This document shows, piece by piece, positions 1-21,479 of a stretch of DNA of 64,000 nucleotides. The position numbers were made by a program, and so were the translations under genes. Source of the DNA: the human T2T-CHM13v2.0 reference genome, Homo sapiens; assembly GCF_009914755.1 (NCBI RefSeq), contig NC_060947.1; one strand, given 5' to 3'. Each line of letters begins with the position of its first letter. Position 1 is the first letter of the stretch. Below the pieces are notes generated by a model that saw only the letters and a list, made by a program, of their open reading frames with translations, made no database searches and was not told the DNA's origin.

Positions 1-107
1 CTAAATGCCTCTGTGTAATATAGTTCTGTTTCCAGCCCATGATCACACCAGCTCCCTACTATACATTGTGTTCCTTAACAACTCCAGCCCATCCCCCATA
101 TTCCTAA

Positions 108-425
<318 letters not shown>

Positions 426-659
426 TAGAGAGGAAGACAAACAAGGATATAGGGGAGGGGAGAGGTAGCGAGAGAAACAGCTCCAGCATGGGCTGAGGAG
501 TAAGTCCAGTAGGGTCTAGACTCCAGTGTAAGAGTATTAGGTGAGGGCATAGCTATCTGGAGTGAATCTAGCTTATCAATGGGAAGCATAGCATCTGGGA
601 GGCCTAGGTGTGGGCCGTGTATATTTGGCATTTTGGCCATGGCTCAGGAACTGAATAGT

Positions 660-870
660 AATAGCTACTACTTGCTGAGCATGTGCTTTGTGCCAGGTAC
701 TGTGCTAGGCACTCTGCACACATTTCCTCATTTAATCTTTATGACCCTATGAAGTAGGTGAGCCTCCCTGTTTGACCGATGAGGAAACTGAGGCTTGAAG
801 AGGTTAAGTAACTTGTCTAACGTCACATAGCCCATAAGTTTAGAGTCAATATGTGAACCCAGACATGTCT
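660..870 (-). mobile_element. MIR SINE
   Basis: core gatgaggaaactgaggct...ggttaagtaacttg. Confidence 0.75.
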
Positions 871-949
871 GTGCACTTTCCTCTTCACATTGCTTCACAC
901 CTTCAGATGACCAGAGAGTGGAAAAATAAAGCCGTTGAGGAAAAGCTAA

Positions 950-1821
<872 letters not shown>

Positions 1822-2164
1822 TAGATCCTACCCTTGGGCTCTTGAGCTGAGAGATAAGAGGGGATGGGAAAATGGTGAACAAGTGGAGCTGATGATAAGG
1901 GAAATGGGTTGAGAGTGTTGGAGCTCTGAGCTGTGGGGAAGCTTGGTGGTGGTGGTGGAGCCTGTTTCTCTGGCCATAGATGTAAGGAGGTATGTAAAGG
2001 AGAAGACAGTGAGGAATTGGAGAAATATGGAGGTACTAGAGGGCATGATTCCCAACAGAGTTGCGTTCCTATCTCCCCATCAATCTCCGCCAGTGTTGTC
2101 CTTCTCCGTCATCTCCGATCTCTCCTACCATCTGCTTTCCTTCACCCTTAGCTACCTATTTTAG

Positions 2165-2380
<216 letters not shown>

Positions 2381-2469
2381 TGAGTGATATCAGATGCGTG
2401 GAGATGCCAGCATGTCCATCAGGGAAAGGAGAGGATAGATTGTTCCAGCCTTGCCTGGCTCCCCTGTGA

Positions 2470-2658
<189 letters not shown>

Positions 2659-2776
2659 TAAAGGGGCTTAGGGAGTGGACCAAGACTGAGGGGTAGAAAG
2701 GAGAAGAGGCAGGCCCGGGGAAGAATAAAATGGGCCAAGGAGAAGCATCATAGGAAAGTGGAAAATCAGAGGATAA

Positions 2777-3130
<354 letters not shown>

Positions 3131-3206
3131 TGATAAACATATTGGCTGCTGTGGGATGGAAACACGAAGATCCCTGAGCTGCATATTTTATTTGTTTCTA
3201 TTCTAG

Positions 3207-3718
<512 letters not shown>

Positions 3719-4031
3719 GAGTCTTGAAGTATTAACCTTGTTCTCTGAAAGTATGCAGGGACTGAAAGTGGTTAAGGGGGCTGGATCACTGTGGTCATGG
3801 TCCAATAGGTTATGTACCCTGGATCCTTGCAGGGCCTCTGCCTCAGTATCCTAGATTCTGACTGGGCCCTAGAAGCACTGGAAACCCACTGTGGAATGTT
3901 GAATGGAATCCTGGAAATCATTCTGTCCAATTCCCATCACTTTCTAAGTATGGAAACAGAGGCCTAGAGACGTCAAGAATTCCGTCATTGTCTTGAGATC
4001 ATGTAGCAAATCATAGGCTCAACTCAAGCAT

Positions 4032-4374
<343 letters not shown>

Positions 4375-4441
4375 CTAAGCTTTCCTGAAACTCTGGCCTT
4401 TGTCCCTGAGCCATCTGACTGACTTGTTGTGGCCCTGGCAG

Positions 4442-4551
4442 GTGGGGGGCATGTTTGACACGGTGCAGCGCAGCACCCAGCAGACCACGGAGTGGGCCAT
4501 GCTCCTCCTGGAGATCATCATCAGCGGCACTGTCGACATGCAGTCCAACAA
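4442..4551 (+). CDS. MED12: MED12 exon 34 ([10 protein letters not shown]...DMQSN)
   Basis: ggcag| ... |gtaaag, 110 nt. Confidence 0.95.
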
Positions 4552-4738
4552 GTAAAGCATCCCCACCCGCTCCCTGCAGTTTCATACCCAAGAAGCTCCC
4601 CCTACTCCCATGCCAGGTGCACCCACTGAGATTGGTGTGGCTGTTACTGTGGACTCCGTGGCCCTGGGCTCCCCATACAGTTTTGGTGCCCTTGGGATGA
4701 CATATTAAGCACCTCTCCCTGCTTGTGTCCTCTGCTGA

Positions 4739-5113
<375 letters not shown>

Positions 5114-5116
5114 TGA

Positions 5117-5521
<405 letters not shown>

Positions 5522-6363
5522 TGAAGTCCCACCCTCTTTCCTTCACCCTGCCCTCACCTTTTAACATACCACCCATTTTTCAATACCCTACCCTCCTCTT
5601 TCCTCTGCTCCACCTGCCCCATGTCCTACCCCACCCATCTATCTGGCCGACAGCCTGTATCTCTTTTATTTCTGTGTTTCCCTACACCCACCCATCTCTG
5701 CACACTTTTATCTTTTCCCTCTCTGTCAGTTGCGGTATTTGTTGAGTAACCATAATTATTGTGTATAGTTTAAAACCCAAAGTCTAACTCCTTCATATAT
5801 ACATTCTCTTCATCTGTCTTCCTAGTCCATCTGTCTCTTTTCCTCCGTCTCTGTCTCTCTCCCTGTCTGACTCGTTTGCCTTTCTTTGTCTCTCCACCTT
5901 TTTGTCTCTCTCTTCCTGTTTCTTTCTCTCTCTGACTCTTTCTCGGCCTGCCTAAAGGCAGAGTCTCTCCCTGCCTTCCTCTCTCTCTTTCTCTGCCTTC
6001 CTTTTTCTGTCTTCCTCTGAATGTCAATCCCTCTCCCTCCCCGCTCCCTCTCTGGCTTTCTCCCCAACCCCTTTCTCTCCCGATCTTCTCTCCCCACACG
6101 CCCCCCGCCCCGTTTGTTCATCTCCTCTCCTGGTCTGGGCTGGCTTCATCTTGTGCCTCCACACCTCTCCCTGTCCCCCACCCTTCACTCTCTCCCCGCA
6201 TAACTCTCTTCCGCATGTATATGTGTATCCATGTCTGTCTGTCTGCTTCTTACCATCTCTCCTGAATCTGCCTATGACTTTCTTTCTACCCATTCCTACA
6301 AATGCTTGCAGTCTTCTGTTTTCTAAGTCCCAACAGCTTATTGTTTTTCATTTTCTGGAGCAG

Positions 6364-6738
6364 GGTCTACAGGTTTCCACCAAACAGAAGATCTCGCCCT
6401 GGGATCTTTTTGAGGGGTTGAAGCCGTCAGCACCACTCTCTTGGGGCTGGTTTGGAACAGTCCGAGTGGACCGGCGAGTGGCTCGAGGAGAGGAGCAGCA
6501 GCGGTTGCTGCTCTACCACACACACCTGAGGCCCCGGCCCCGCGCCTATTACCTGGAGCCACTGCCACTGCCCCCAGAAGATGAGGAGCCGCCTGCTCCT
6601 ACCCTGCTAGAGCCTGAGAAAAAGGCTCCAGAGCCCCCCAAAACTGACAAACCGGGGGCTGCTCCACCCAGTACTGAGGAACGCAAGAAGAAGTCCACCA
6701 AGGGCAAGAAACGCAGCCAGCCAGCTACCAAGACAGAG
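6364..6738 (+). CDS. MED12: MED12 exon 37 (GLQVSTKQK...ATKTE)
   Basis: gagcag| ... |gtgagc, 375 nt. Confidence 0.95.
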
Positions 6739-6862
6739 GTGAGCGCCTCCCCCGTGACAGTTCTCCCACAGCCTCTCACTTCATGACGCTCCGGTTTCTG
6801 GTTTGTGGGAGGGGTGGGGGCGCATAAGGAAGGGGTGCCATTAGAATCATAATAAAAATTAA

Positions 6863-7174
<312 letters not shown>

Positions 7175-7217
7175 TGATGCCATTCCCCTGAGGAGCTATG
7201 GATGTCAAGGACACTGA

Positions 7218-7517
<300 letters not shown>

Positions 7518-7640
7518 TGAGGGTCACAGGACGGAGGAGACACTTGGGATCTTCACAAGGACACTCAGGGTGGGAGACACAAGAGATGAGATGGCAGCAA
7601 GCATTTCCTGAGTTTGAGTTGTTCTCTTTTCTCCCTTTAG

Positions 7641-7718
7641 CAGAGTCAGGGCATGTTGGGACAGTCATCTGTCCATCAGATGACTCCCAGCTCTTCCTAC
7701 GGTTTGCAGACTTCCCAG
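7641..7718 (+). CDS. MED12: MED12 exon 40 (QSQGMLGQ...LQTSQ), NAGNAG acceptor
   Basis: tttag|cag| ... |gtaaga, 78 or 75 nt. Confidence 0.93.
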
Positions 7719-7808
7719 GTAAGAGCCTGGGATTGTGAGACTAGGGGGATGAGGCAAGCTGCTCTGCATACTCTCGGCCCTGATTCCCTCTCTCCTTCTT
7801 CCCTCCAG

Positions 7809-8026
7809 GGCTATACTCCTTATGTTTCTCATGTGGGATTGCAGCAACACACAGGCCCTGCAGGTACCATGGTGCCCCCCAGCTACTCCAGCCAGCCTTA
7901 CCAGAGCACCCACCCTTCTACCAATCCTACTCTTGTAGATCCTACCCGCCACCTGCAACAGCGGCCCAGTGGCTATGTGCACCAGCAGGCCCCCACCTAT
8001 GGACATGGACTGACCTCCACTCAAAG
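7809..8026 (+). CDS. MED12: MED12 exon 41 (GYTPYVSH...LTSTQR)
   Basis: tccag| ... |gtaccc, 218 nt. Confidence 0.94.
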
Positions 8027-8287
8027 GTACCCAAAGTAGTGGTGAGCTAGGAAGAGATGCAGAGGTATAAGGGAGCATTTGACTTGGGAAAGCCTGTGCC
8101 TGAAAGTGGTGGGACTGGTCAGAACTTTCGGAGACATCAAGAATACTTATCTGGCCACATAGCCCATAACCACAGAAGTCTCGAGCTGGAAGGGACCCTG
8201 GAGACCAATAGTTTCATGACTACTTCCTTAACAGTTCTTTGAGGCCCAGAGAGGGGAAATTGTTTATCTGACTCAAGGAAAAATCTG

Positions 8288-8870
8288 GGCTGGGTGTGGT
8301 AGCTCACACTGGTAGTCCCAGCACTTGGGGGCCCAAGGTGGGAGAATCAGTTGATTCCAGGAATTCGAGGCCAGCCTGGGCAACATAGGGAGATCCCATC
8401 TCTACAAAAAAAATACATATTTTTTTGAAACAGAGTCGCACTCCATTTGCCCAGGCTGGAGTGTCGTGGCATGATCATGGCTCACTGCAGCCTCGACCTC
8501 TGAGGCTCAGGTGATCCTCCTACCTCAGCCTCCCAAGTAGCTAGAACTACAGGCACACACCACCACGCCCAGCTAATTTTTTGGATTTTTAGTTGAGATG
8601 GGGTTTCGCCATGTTGCCCAGGCTGGTCTTGAACTGAGCCACCACACCTGGCCAAAAAAAAATTTTTTTTTAATTAGACAGGCGTGTTGGTGCATGCCTG
8701 TAGTCCCAGCTACTCAGGAGGCTGAGGTGGGAAGATTGCTTGAGCTTGGGAGTTTGAGGCTGCAGTGAGCTGTAATCGCACAATGAGCCGAGATTGTGCC
8801 ACAGCACTCCAGTGGTGACAGAGTGAGACCCTGTCTCAAAAAAAAAAGAAGAAAGAAAAGAAAAAGAAAA
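8288..8870. mobile_element. Old + strand Alu with a - strand Alu (~8421-8654) nested in its linker
   Basis: left arm 8288-8411, inverted Alu, right arm resumes at ~8655. Confidence 0.8.
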
Positions 8871-9524
8871 AAATATCTGGAGTTCATAGATGAACTACAT
8901 GATAAGGAGTCGTAAAGCCAGTACCGGCTTTGAATACCAGGTTAAATACCAGGATGGACAAATGAATGAATCCTCCCACCATGGTTAACGTTAGTCAAGC
9001 CTTAGTTGAGGCCTTGTAACCATGTATAGAGACTCTGAAGCTTAGGATTAAGAACACTGGGGAGTGGGCTAACTGCCCATTGTGTGGCCAGCACTATACC
9101 AGGACTGGGTGAGGTGAAGAAAGATAGCAAAAAAAACCCCCACGATACATAGTTCCTCACTACAAAGAATCTTTACTATAGCTGGGGAGATGAGACTTAT
9201 AGAAGAATATTGAGAGAACACTCTGAGCAAAGATATAATCAGGTATGCAGTTGTATGCTATGAGGTAAAATGTGGATTGAGAAAAAGTACGTGGTAATAT
9301 CTGTGGGCCTGACTCATCAGAGAATGTTTCATGAAGGAGGTCAGACTTGAGTTGGCCTCTGAAGAATAGCTGTGATTGGGATTTGTGGAGAAGAGGAAAA
9401 GAAAGGGCATTCCAGGTAGAGGATGTAACGTGAACAAAGACATGGGGACCAGAATGAGGATGGTGCCTGGGGAGAAGGGCCTGGATGGAGTGTAAAATCT
9501 GTGCTGGGGAAGTCACTGGGGCTA

Positions 9525-10465
<941 letters not shown>

Positions 10466-10701
10466 CTATTTTTCATTTTTGTAACAGAAAAATAGCTAAT
10501 GCAGAATTGAAAAATTCCTAACCATTAAGGTTATGAGACACTAAAATAGAGTATCATCTTATGCAACTTATTCCCCAGACTGGAAGTCTGGTTAGTGACA
10601 CGAGGAATGAATGAAATAACCTGCTAACGTTTCTTTCAGGTCAGGGACCCAAGGTTTATACTGACCCCCTCTCCTCACCTCCCTCATGCCTTGACCTCTG
10701 A

Positions 10702-11049
<348 letters not shown>

Positions 11050-11313
11050 TAGCAGAGCGGCTGGCCTCTAGTGGTGCTGGAGAAGTTTTCTACCCTCCCC
11101 CTTTTTGTTTTCTGGGGATCATAGTGGGAGAGAGTTGGACATTGTCTGCTGGGTACCCTAGATTTGGTTTCTTTCTGTGCAGCTGTCTAAAAAGGGAAGG
11201 CAGTAGACCCCGAGCTCCCACCCTGCTTCCTCATCCCCTGCCCTCAGCCCTTTAGTTCTGAGGCTTAGCTTCCTCCCTCTGCTCCTTCTGAAGTATCTTT
11301 TGTGTTCTTATAG

Positions 11314-11454
11314 CAGCAGCAGCAACAGCAACAGCAGCAGCAGCAGCAGCAGCAACAGCAACAGCAGCAGCAGCAACAGCAACAACAGCAACACCAGCAG
11401 CAACAGCAGCAACAGGCGGCTCCTCCCCAACCCCAGCCCCAGTCCCAGCCCCAG
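11314..11454 (+). CDS. MED12: MED12 exon 43 (Q26-H-Q7-AAPPQPQPQSQPQ)
   Basis: tatag| ... |gtagct, 141 nt. Confidence 0.93.
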
Positions 11455-11469
11455 GTAGCTGCTGGACTA

Positions 11470-11897
<428 letters not shown>

Positions 11898-11967
11898 CGG
11901 ATTGGGAAAGGAGGTTGAAGAAGGAGAAAAGTTCGACTTCAGTCTTCCACTTCCTATTTCCACCCAG

Positions 11968-12049
11968 TTCCAGCGCCAGGGGCTTCAGCAGACCCAGCAG
12001 CAGCAACAGACAGCAGCTTTGGTCCGGCAACTTCAACAACAGCTCTCTA
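11968..12049 (+). CDS. MED12: MED12 exon 44 (FQRQGLQQ...QQQLS)
   Basis: cccag| ... |gtaagc, 82 nt. Confidence 0.95.
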
Positions 12050-12259
12050 GTAAGCCTGCCTGCCTTCCCAAGGAGAACCCCATGGAATAAATTTAGGGGG
12101 CGGGGTGGGCCAAAGTAGCTGAAACGATAGCTTCAGGCCCAGGTTATGAGAGGAGGCATTCCATTCCATCCCCTTCCCTCGATACCTGAACAGCTTTCCT
12201 CATGCATACCCACACCCCTGCCTGGTCTTCCATCCCTGATAATCTCTGGTTTTTCACAG

Positions 12260-12303
12260 ATACCCAGCCACAGCCCAGTACCAACATATTTGGACGCTAC
12301 TGA
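12260..12303 (+). CDS. MED12: MED12 last exon, coding part (NTQPQPSTNIFGRY*)
   Basis: cacag| acceptor, TGA at 12301-12303; known MED12 C-terminus. Confidence 0.96.
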
Positions 12304-12447
12304 GCCACCTGGAGGAACTGCTTGTGCACTGGATGTGGCCCCACCCTTTCCTCTTAATTCCCAATCCCATTCCTGGGCTAGCACCAGTAGTGGTTGGGGC
12401 CCTCCCCTCAGGCTCCATTTTTAATAAGTTTTTAGTATTTTTGTTAA

Positions 12448-13347
<900 letters not shown>

Positions 13348-14759
13348 CCCCTTAGTCTTTTAAGAAGGGGCAATGAACATTCTCAACTAAATGTTGGAGC
13401 TTCTTTACAGCTTTCCTCCATGGGGGATATACCGCTGGGATTGAGGAGGGGCCATTAGGCCAGGGGAAACATCAATAGAACCTGATTCTTCTTCCACAAC
13501 ACCCCAGATGTTGGGCCTCAAACAAGCTGGGGAGGGTGGAGATGACAGACACTGCCTACCCTTCTTGTCATCTTGTGTGGTCCCCATCATGCACCAAGTG
13601 GCATACCTTTCATAGGACAGAGAACTTCCCTGAGAGTCACATTCCTGGATGAAAAATTGCCCTCCATTGGCATGTGCCATCATAGAATAGGTCGTGGAAG
13701 GACCGTTTGGTTCTAGGAGGAAGAGAGACCAGTAAAAATAAGCACCCTTTCTCTCTCTGCCCTACTGCCAGAACTGCCTGTTCTCACGTGACCCACCTTG
13801 GCAGTTACCCAGGATGACTTGCTCGCTCCCATTTTACAGTAGAGAAAACTCAAAACTGTTGCCCCAGAGTCACATTTGGAGCTGCGGCAGGGCCATTCTC
13901 GCCCTCTTGCTTTCCAGTTTGAGTTCTAGATCCAAGGCTGTCCAGGAGAGCCAACTGGTTTACTACAATGGAGTCTTGGAGTCTTCTGCCCTGCCTAGCT
14001 AGGGCTGGAAGAGGATCAGCCTCAGCCTTGTGAGTGGGTGGTACAGGATGATTTGACAACTTAAGGATAACATGCAAGCCATAGTTGCACCCTATTACTG
14101 GGAAGTGTCTAGTGTGCTGGCAAAACCAGGAGCACCAATCAGTACCCAAGTTATAAAAAATAAAATAGCCCTCTTTGAGGCCCACGAAGCCCTTGCTTAT
14201 ATGGGACTTACCAAGTTTAAGAGTTGCGTGCACAAGGAATGGAACTCCCCAACAGTGTAAAGGCAAACATGACTGAAGCTTTCTTCTCACTTATTCTATC
14301 CTGACATAAACATTCTGAGGAGCCACAGGAGTACAGGCTTGGCTGGGATGAGGGACATTCAGAGGGGCTTGGGGGTTGCTAAACAAATGGCAGGTGCGCC
14401 ACATACAAAAACACAAGACACAAAGACACTGAACCTGGAGGGGAGAGACTGAAATGGTCAGACAACTGGCATGCTGACAGTCTGACATGCCCCAGCAGAA
14501 GCAGCAGAAGGGAACAGCATTGACCTTTGGGAGAGTGACAGGATGAGAGCAGAGTGGCCCCACTGGTTGCTGCTTGGGTAGTGCTGGCGCTGAGAAATAA
14601 GGGATGCTGATTGAGGTGGAGGTGTGTTTTTGTGTAGTATGACTGAGGGTTCCTGCAGGCAGTGCCTCAGTTTCTCCCTTTGGGACAAAGTCTCAAGCTT
14701 TGCGGGTAAAGTTTGGGCTAGCTGCCCTGGAAGATCACCTGTCTGATAGCTTGCAATCT

Positions 14760-15070
14760 GAGGTGTGTGTGCGCGCCCGCGTGAGAGAGAGGGAGCGGAA
14801 CGTGCCTGAGCATGGGGGGAATTGGGCCATGCCCCAGGACTTGAGCCATCTCTGGCACAAAAGGAGTTAATGGCAGGGACCGCGCCCCCCCGTGTCCGGG
14901 AACGCGCAGCGCGCCCCCTCGGTGCGCGGGCACAGCAGCCAGGCTGCCGGAGAGCTGATCTCGGGGATTCGGGTGCGGAGCCCTTGGCCTGGAGGCGATA
15001 TGGGTGGTCCGTGGCCCGGTTCAGTCGCTTGCAGCAGCCCGGGGAACAGGTGAGGCCGCCTGCCCCGGTC
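14760..15070 (+). promoter_or_regulatory. NLGN3: NLGN3 CpG-rich promoter and non-coding first exon (donor after 15049)
   Basis: Local CpG enrichment (cgcgcccc, gcgcagcgcg); strong donor CAG|gtgagg at 15050; exact TSS not determinable. Confidence 0.75.
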
Positions 15071-16208
15071 TCTCATCCTCTAGCTGCCCATACCTTGCCC
15101 CCATCCTAACCCCTCCCAATCCCAGGCTCCTCCACTCCCCAGCCAGTGGCCCCCATCCCTCTCAACCCCATGTTCTCCATCGGTACCCCTGACCCCCGAT
15201 CCTCCCCCGCTTCTGTTCTCTCCTCTACCTCCTCCCTAAATCCCGCATCCCTAACATCCTCCCGCCCATGGTCCCTCTATTTCCACAGCCCATCCCGCAT
15301 GCTCATCAAAATACCCCTATTGAGGGCCCCCAGCCCCATCCCGGGATTGCACATTGCCAGTCCCCCCTCCCCTGCAGTGCAGCCCCATCCCCCTTCCATC
15401 ATAGCATCTCATAGCCAGGCTCCCTCCCCCACTATCTGCAGCCCCCCCACCCAATGGAGGCCTTTATCCTATCCTCCCCCATTCCAGTGCAACTCCATCC
15501 CCCAATCCATTCCAAGCCCTCGTAGCCCCCAATACTGCAGTTCTCAATATTGGTCCATTCCTGCACAATGCCCCGCGCCCAGCACCGCTGCAGCCCCAAA
15601 AGTACCCCGAGATGCCATTCTCATCCCCGGCATTGCTGCCTCCCCTTGTCTTCTCCCAAATTGCAAGTTGGACCAGGATAGAGATCTTGGCCTTGGGGAT
15701 TCACAGTGGGTCCTAGGGTACAGAGGGCGTTTGGGGGTCGGTCCGATTGTCTAGGTGTTCACGGGGGAGGGGCTGCAGGGAATTGACTCAAAGGAGAATT
15801 TGGCATTTGGCGCCGAAGGGTTACTGGAGAGGAGGGCATCCCGAAAGGGTTAATGGAATTTGTGGGTTGGGGGCAGCACCGAGGGGGTTAATGTGGGGGG
15901 GTTGCTGGTGGGGAAGCTGTGTGAATGAGCGGTCTGTGCCCTGGAGTTGCCATGGAGACGGTGAATGGGGGGATTGTGTGAACTCAGCTGCGGACTATGC
16001 CCCCCCCAATACACACACCCACCCACTCCCTCCTGCCCCACCTCCCTACTCCTACCCCTTCCTTCCCCTTCCCCTCCTCCCCACACCCGGGTGCATTCTG
16101 GGCAGTGTCTGGGATCTTACCCCCCATACTTTGCTCCCCATTTCCTCATTTCCTCTGAGCCCCCACCCCTTTAGCCACTTTACCCGCCCTCCCTCCTCTT
16201 CCTTTTTC

Positions 16209-16210
<2 letters not shown>

Positions 16211-16294
<84 letters not shown>
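16211..16294. repeat. Compound (CT)10(CA)n microsatellite, NLGN3 intron 1
   Basis: direct reading. Confidence 0.95.
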
Positions 16295-16295
<1 letters not shown>

Positions 16296-17729
16296 TCTCA
16301 TTCCCCTCTCGTGGTGGCTGATTGCCGGGCGTTCCCAATCTCCCTCCCCCACCCCTTCAGCCAGTTCTTAAAGGAGCAGGCCTGCAATCTGGGAAGGCGG
16401 GAGAAATGGAGGAAAACTAAATGTGCATGTGGCGTGGGTGTGCGTGTGTGTGCGTGTGTGTGCGGGAGCATGCGGGAGTATCTGTGTGTGCCTGTGTCTA
16501 TGTGTTGACTGTGTAACTGTGTCAGAAGGCCTATGTGTCTGAGTGTGTTGCTATTTCTGTTTCTGTCTCCACCTATGTGTCACCATTATGCTGCATGTGT
16601 CTGGATATTTACCTATGCGGGTATGTGTGATTATATTTCAGTAAGTCTCTATGTGTGTCTCTGAATGTATCATTCTGTGAGGCTCTGGCTGTGTGAGGTG
16701 CTCTGTCTCAGAATGTGGGACTATATGAGGGGATCTCTGTGGGTTTGGAATATATGTCTCTGTGAGTGAATATCGCAGTGTCTGTGATCCTGGCTTGGTC
16801 TCTCTCATTCCCTCTTTGAGTCTTTGTGAGTTTATTTCTATGAGTCTCTGAATATGTGTTCCCCATGCTCCGTTGTTTATTTTATAATACACCGGAAGAG
16901 CATCCACAATGCCTAGGGTGCTAGGCAGAACTCTTTCTGCCTCACTTCTGGAATTCGGTGTGAATTAAGAGAGAGCCAACCGAAAGGACCAAGGCTTAAG
17001 GATTTGGGAGCAGTGAGGGCTGAGGAGAAATGTACAGGAGGGGCGCAGGAGGGTCCGAGGAGGACTCCCGTGAATGGCTGTCCCGCCCTCTGCCCTGCCT
17101 GAGGGTGAGGGAGTCTCTCTGTGGGACTCTGCCGATTTGCTGCTTTCTGTTCTTGTGTCTTAGTGTCCCGGAGTGAGGTTGACAATCCCACCCTGTCCTG
17201 AAGTGGAGGTCCCTGTGTGGGCTTACCAGGTCCCAAGGGCTACACAGCTCTGTTCAAGCAGCATGCCCGGGGACCTGAGCTCCATTTTTGTTTCTCCCCA
17301 CCCCCTGGCTGTCACATGCTATTCTGGCTCCAGCCGACCCTGATGAACCCCTTTGGCTGTAGAATTGAAGTTGGGCACCGGGAACTTGCAGTGGCAACAA
17401 CTGTCACTGTCAAACCCCTTGGATTTTCCAGCCATGGCCAGGCACATAGAATGGTTCTGATTGGCAGTGGATCATCTGTGGGATCACAGTCCCTGGGCCC
17501 CTGGGCATGTGAAACCTCTCCTACCTATAAGAGAATAGCCCAAGCCCAGCGGGGCCCCCAAAGACCAACTCTGTTGCCCTCCCAGACCATCTTGGATGAC
17601 GCATACTTCCCTCTTTCCACAGGCCTGTCTGGCCCTGAGGGAGTCCCCTTTCTGAAGCTGTGGTGCTTGGACGACCTGCTCTCTACATTGCTGGGCACCT
17701 GTAGGTGTCCCTCGAGAGCTCAGTTTTGA

Positions 17730-18476
<747 letters not shown>

Positions 18477-18918
18477 TGACACTGTTGCCAGGAGGGGCCT
18501 GGCCCGGCCTGAGAGCTCTGACGGGTCTCGGTCCAGTGCTGGATGGGGGTCCCCTGGGGGAGTATGGGTCACGGCTGGCAGCTACCCGCGGGAGGATGCT
18601 GGCTCCACCAGGCCCCCCTGTTGCCATTCCACCTGCTTCGAAAGGTGGTAGGTGTGTGTGGCCAAGGGCACTGGGTGTGTGGGGGGTGGGGCAGCAAGCC
18701 TGGTGGGTGATGCTTAGGTGCCTCCTCTTTCACTAGCTGATGCCTCCTCCCGCGGGGGTCACACTAAGGTAAGTGACAGAAACAAGGAGATGGTGGGACA
18801 GGCTCTCTGCCATGTGCCGCCTGCAGAGCAGCTCAGCTCTTGGGGCCTGGGGGGTGGGGGGTGCATGCCCCTGGGCAGAGGCCTCCTGTTATTTTTTAGT
18901 TTTTTATTCATTTTACAG

Positions 18919-18978
18919 TAAAGCGGATTTCCAAGGAATGCGCCCGAAAGCCCAACAAGAAAATTTGTAGGAAAGGAG
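18919..18978 (+). CDS. NLGN3: NLGN3 alternative exon, splice insert A1 (VKRISKECARKPNKKICRKG)
   Basis: tacag| ... |gtaggt, 60 nt, symmetric phase 1. Confidence 0.93.
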
Positions 18979-19689
18979 GTAGGTAGCGAGCCGGCGGGGA
19001 GGGAGAGAGAGAGAGAGGGAGGGCTGCCTGCCCACCTGCCCTTGCCCCCAGGACCCAGCCTTCCTCCAAGTAGCCCAGGCTCAGGGGGCAGTAAGCAGGC
19101 ATAAGCGCCACCTCATCTGAGGGCCCTGGCTGCCTTGCAGGGAGGATTTGGTGGCCTAAGGCAGGCTCAGAGCAGAAGCAGCAACCCTATTTCTTCCAAT
19201 CTTCCCAGCCCCAAATTCCACCCTAAAGTGTGTGCCAAAGGCAGAGCCAGTGGCTCTCTCGGTGACACCTCAGGAGAAACTCTAGGAAGCCAAGATGGAG
19301 CCAGAGGCTCCACCCTTTTCCTAGTGGGTGGAGCCAGAAGACCATCCCTTCTGTGTTCTTTCTCCTGGATTGAAAGTCTAGACTCAATTTTCCCACCCTG
19401 AAGCTTAGACCAAACGTGTACACAGGTTTAGTAACTCCTGCCATACACACCTCTGTCTCCCACCCCACTACCTCTGGCCAGAGTGTAGCTGATAGACCCA
19501 GGCTGCTCTGGTGGCAGAACTTGGGGGTCTCTGGGAACTATGGACTTTAAAGGAGGCAAAAGATCCTGAATTTTAAATTTACCCTCATGCTGAGAGGAGT
19601 TTCTCCCCCTGTATAATAATTCTTCCTGTTGGAATATCACTTCATGTTTTCTGTAAAGTGCCTTGGCATTTACCTTAGAGAATCCTCCC

Positions 19690-19870
19690 TGTATCTCTGG
19701 AAGCGTCTAAGGCAGGAATCAGTATCCCAATTTTACAGATGAGGAAACAGGCCCAGGGGAGTGACTTGCTGCTGCTCAAGGCCCCTGTCGCTGGTCTGTG
19801 GCAGAGCTGGGACCAAAACCTGGGTCTCTTGACCTTCAGGGCGTGTTCTTTCCACTGTAGCACACAGAAG
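19690..19870 (-). mobile_element. MIR SINE
   Basis: cccaattttacagatgaggaaacaggccca core. Confidence 0.7.
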
Positions 19871-20492
19871 CAACTCCCATCTGCTCATTCCCATCTCCCC
19901 AACTCAAAAAAAATGGTGAGATGTGGCTGGGCTGGGGAGAATTGGAACAGTAACAGCCTAAGGAACAGGTGGAAAAATCACAGCTTGATCCCTACAACCC
20001 TCTGGCAAGCTGGGAGTTTGTTTTCCTTTGATGTCCTAGGGCAGAGTTTCTCAGAATGGGGTTGCCAGGATTTCTGGGATGGGGTGCTCCTTACTGAATA
20101 AGAATTTCTGGGGGCAGAGCCTGGAAATCTATATGTTGAACATGAGCCCTGAGCGCTTCTAATGCACACCCGAGCATGGAATGAGACCCGCTGCTGTAGG
20201 GATAGTATTTCACCACAGCCCCATACCCCACCCAGGACCTCACACACCATAGGCAATTGATGTTTTTTGTGTAATTCAGAAGCATCATGGTGCTGCAGAA
20301 AGAGTACAGGTCTGGGAAGCACAAGGCCTGAGTCCCAGCTCTGCTGCCAACTCACAGTGAGACCTTAGGCAAGTCTTGTCCTTCAAGAACCTCTGTTTCC
20401 ACATCTGAGGTTGGTAGGGTACAGTTCTGGCCTTAGCATTCCATTAGCCTGTAAATGAATTCAGGAAGAAGGTCTCTTAAACCTGCAGGAGA

Positions 20493-21479
<987 letters not shown>

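Noticed and set aside
15980-16002. REST/RE1-like actcagctgcggactatgcc
   Set aside because: Spacing and both half-sites deviate from TTCAGCACCnnGGACAGCGCC
15146-16508. 202-aa and 253-aa ORFs in NLGN3 intron 1
   Set aside because: Stop-poor C-rich and microsatellite sequence, non-ATG starts, no recognisable domain
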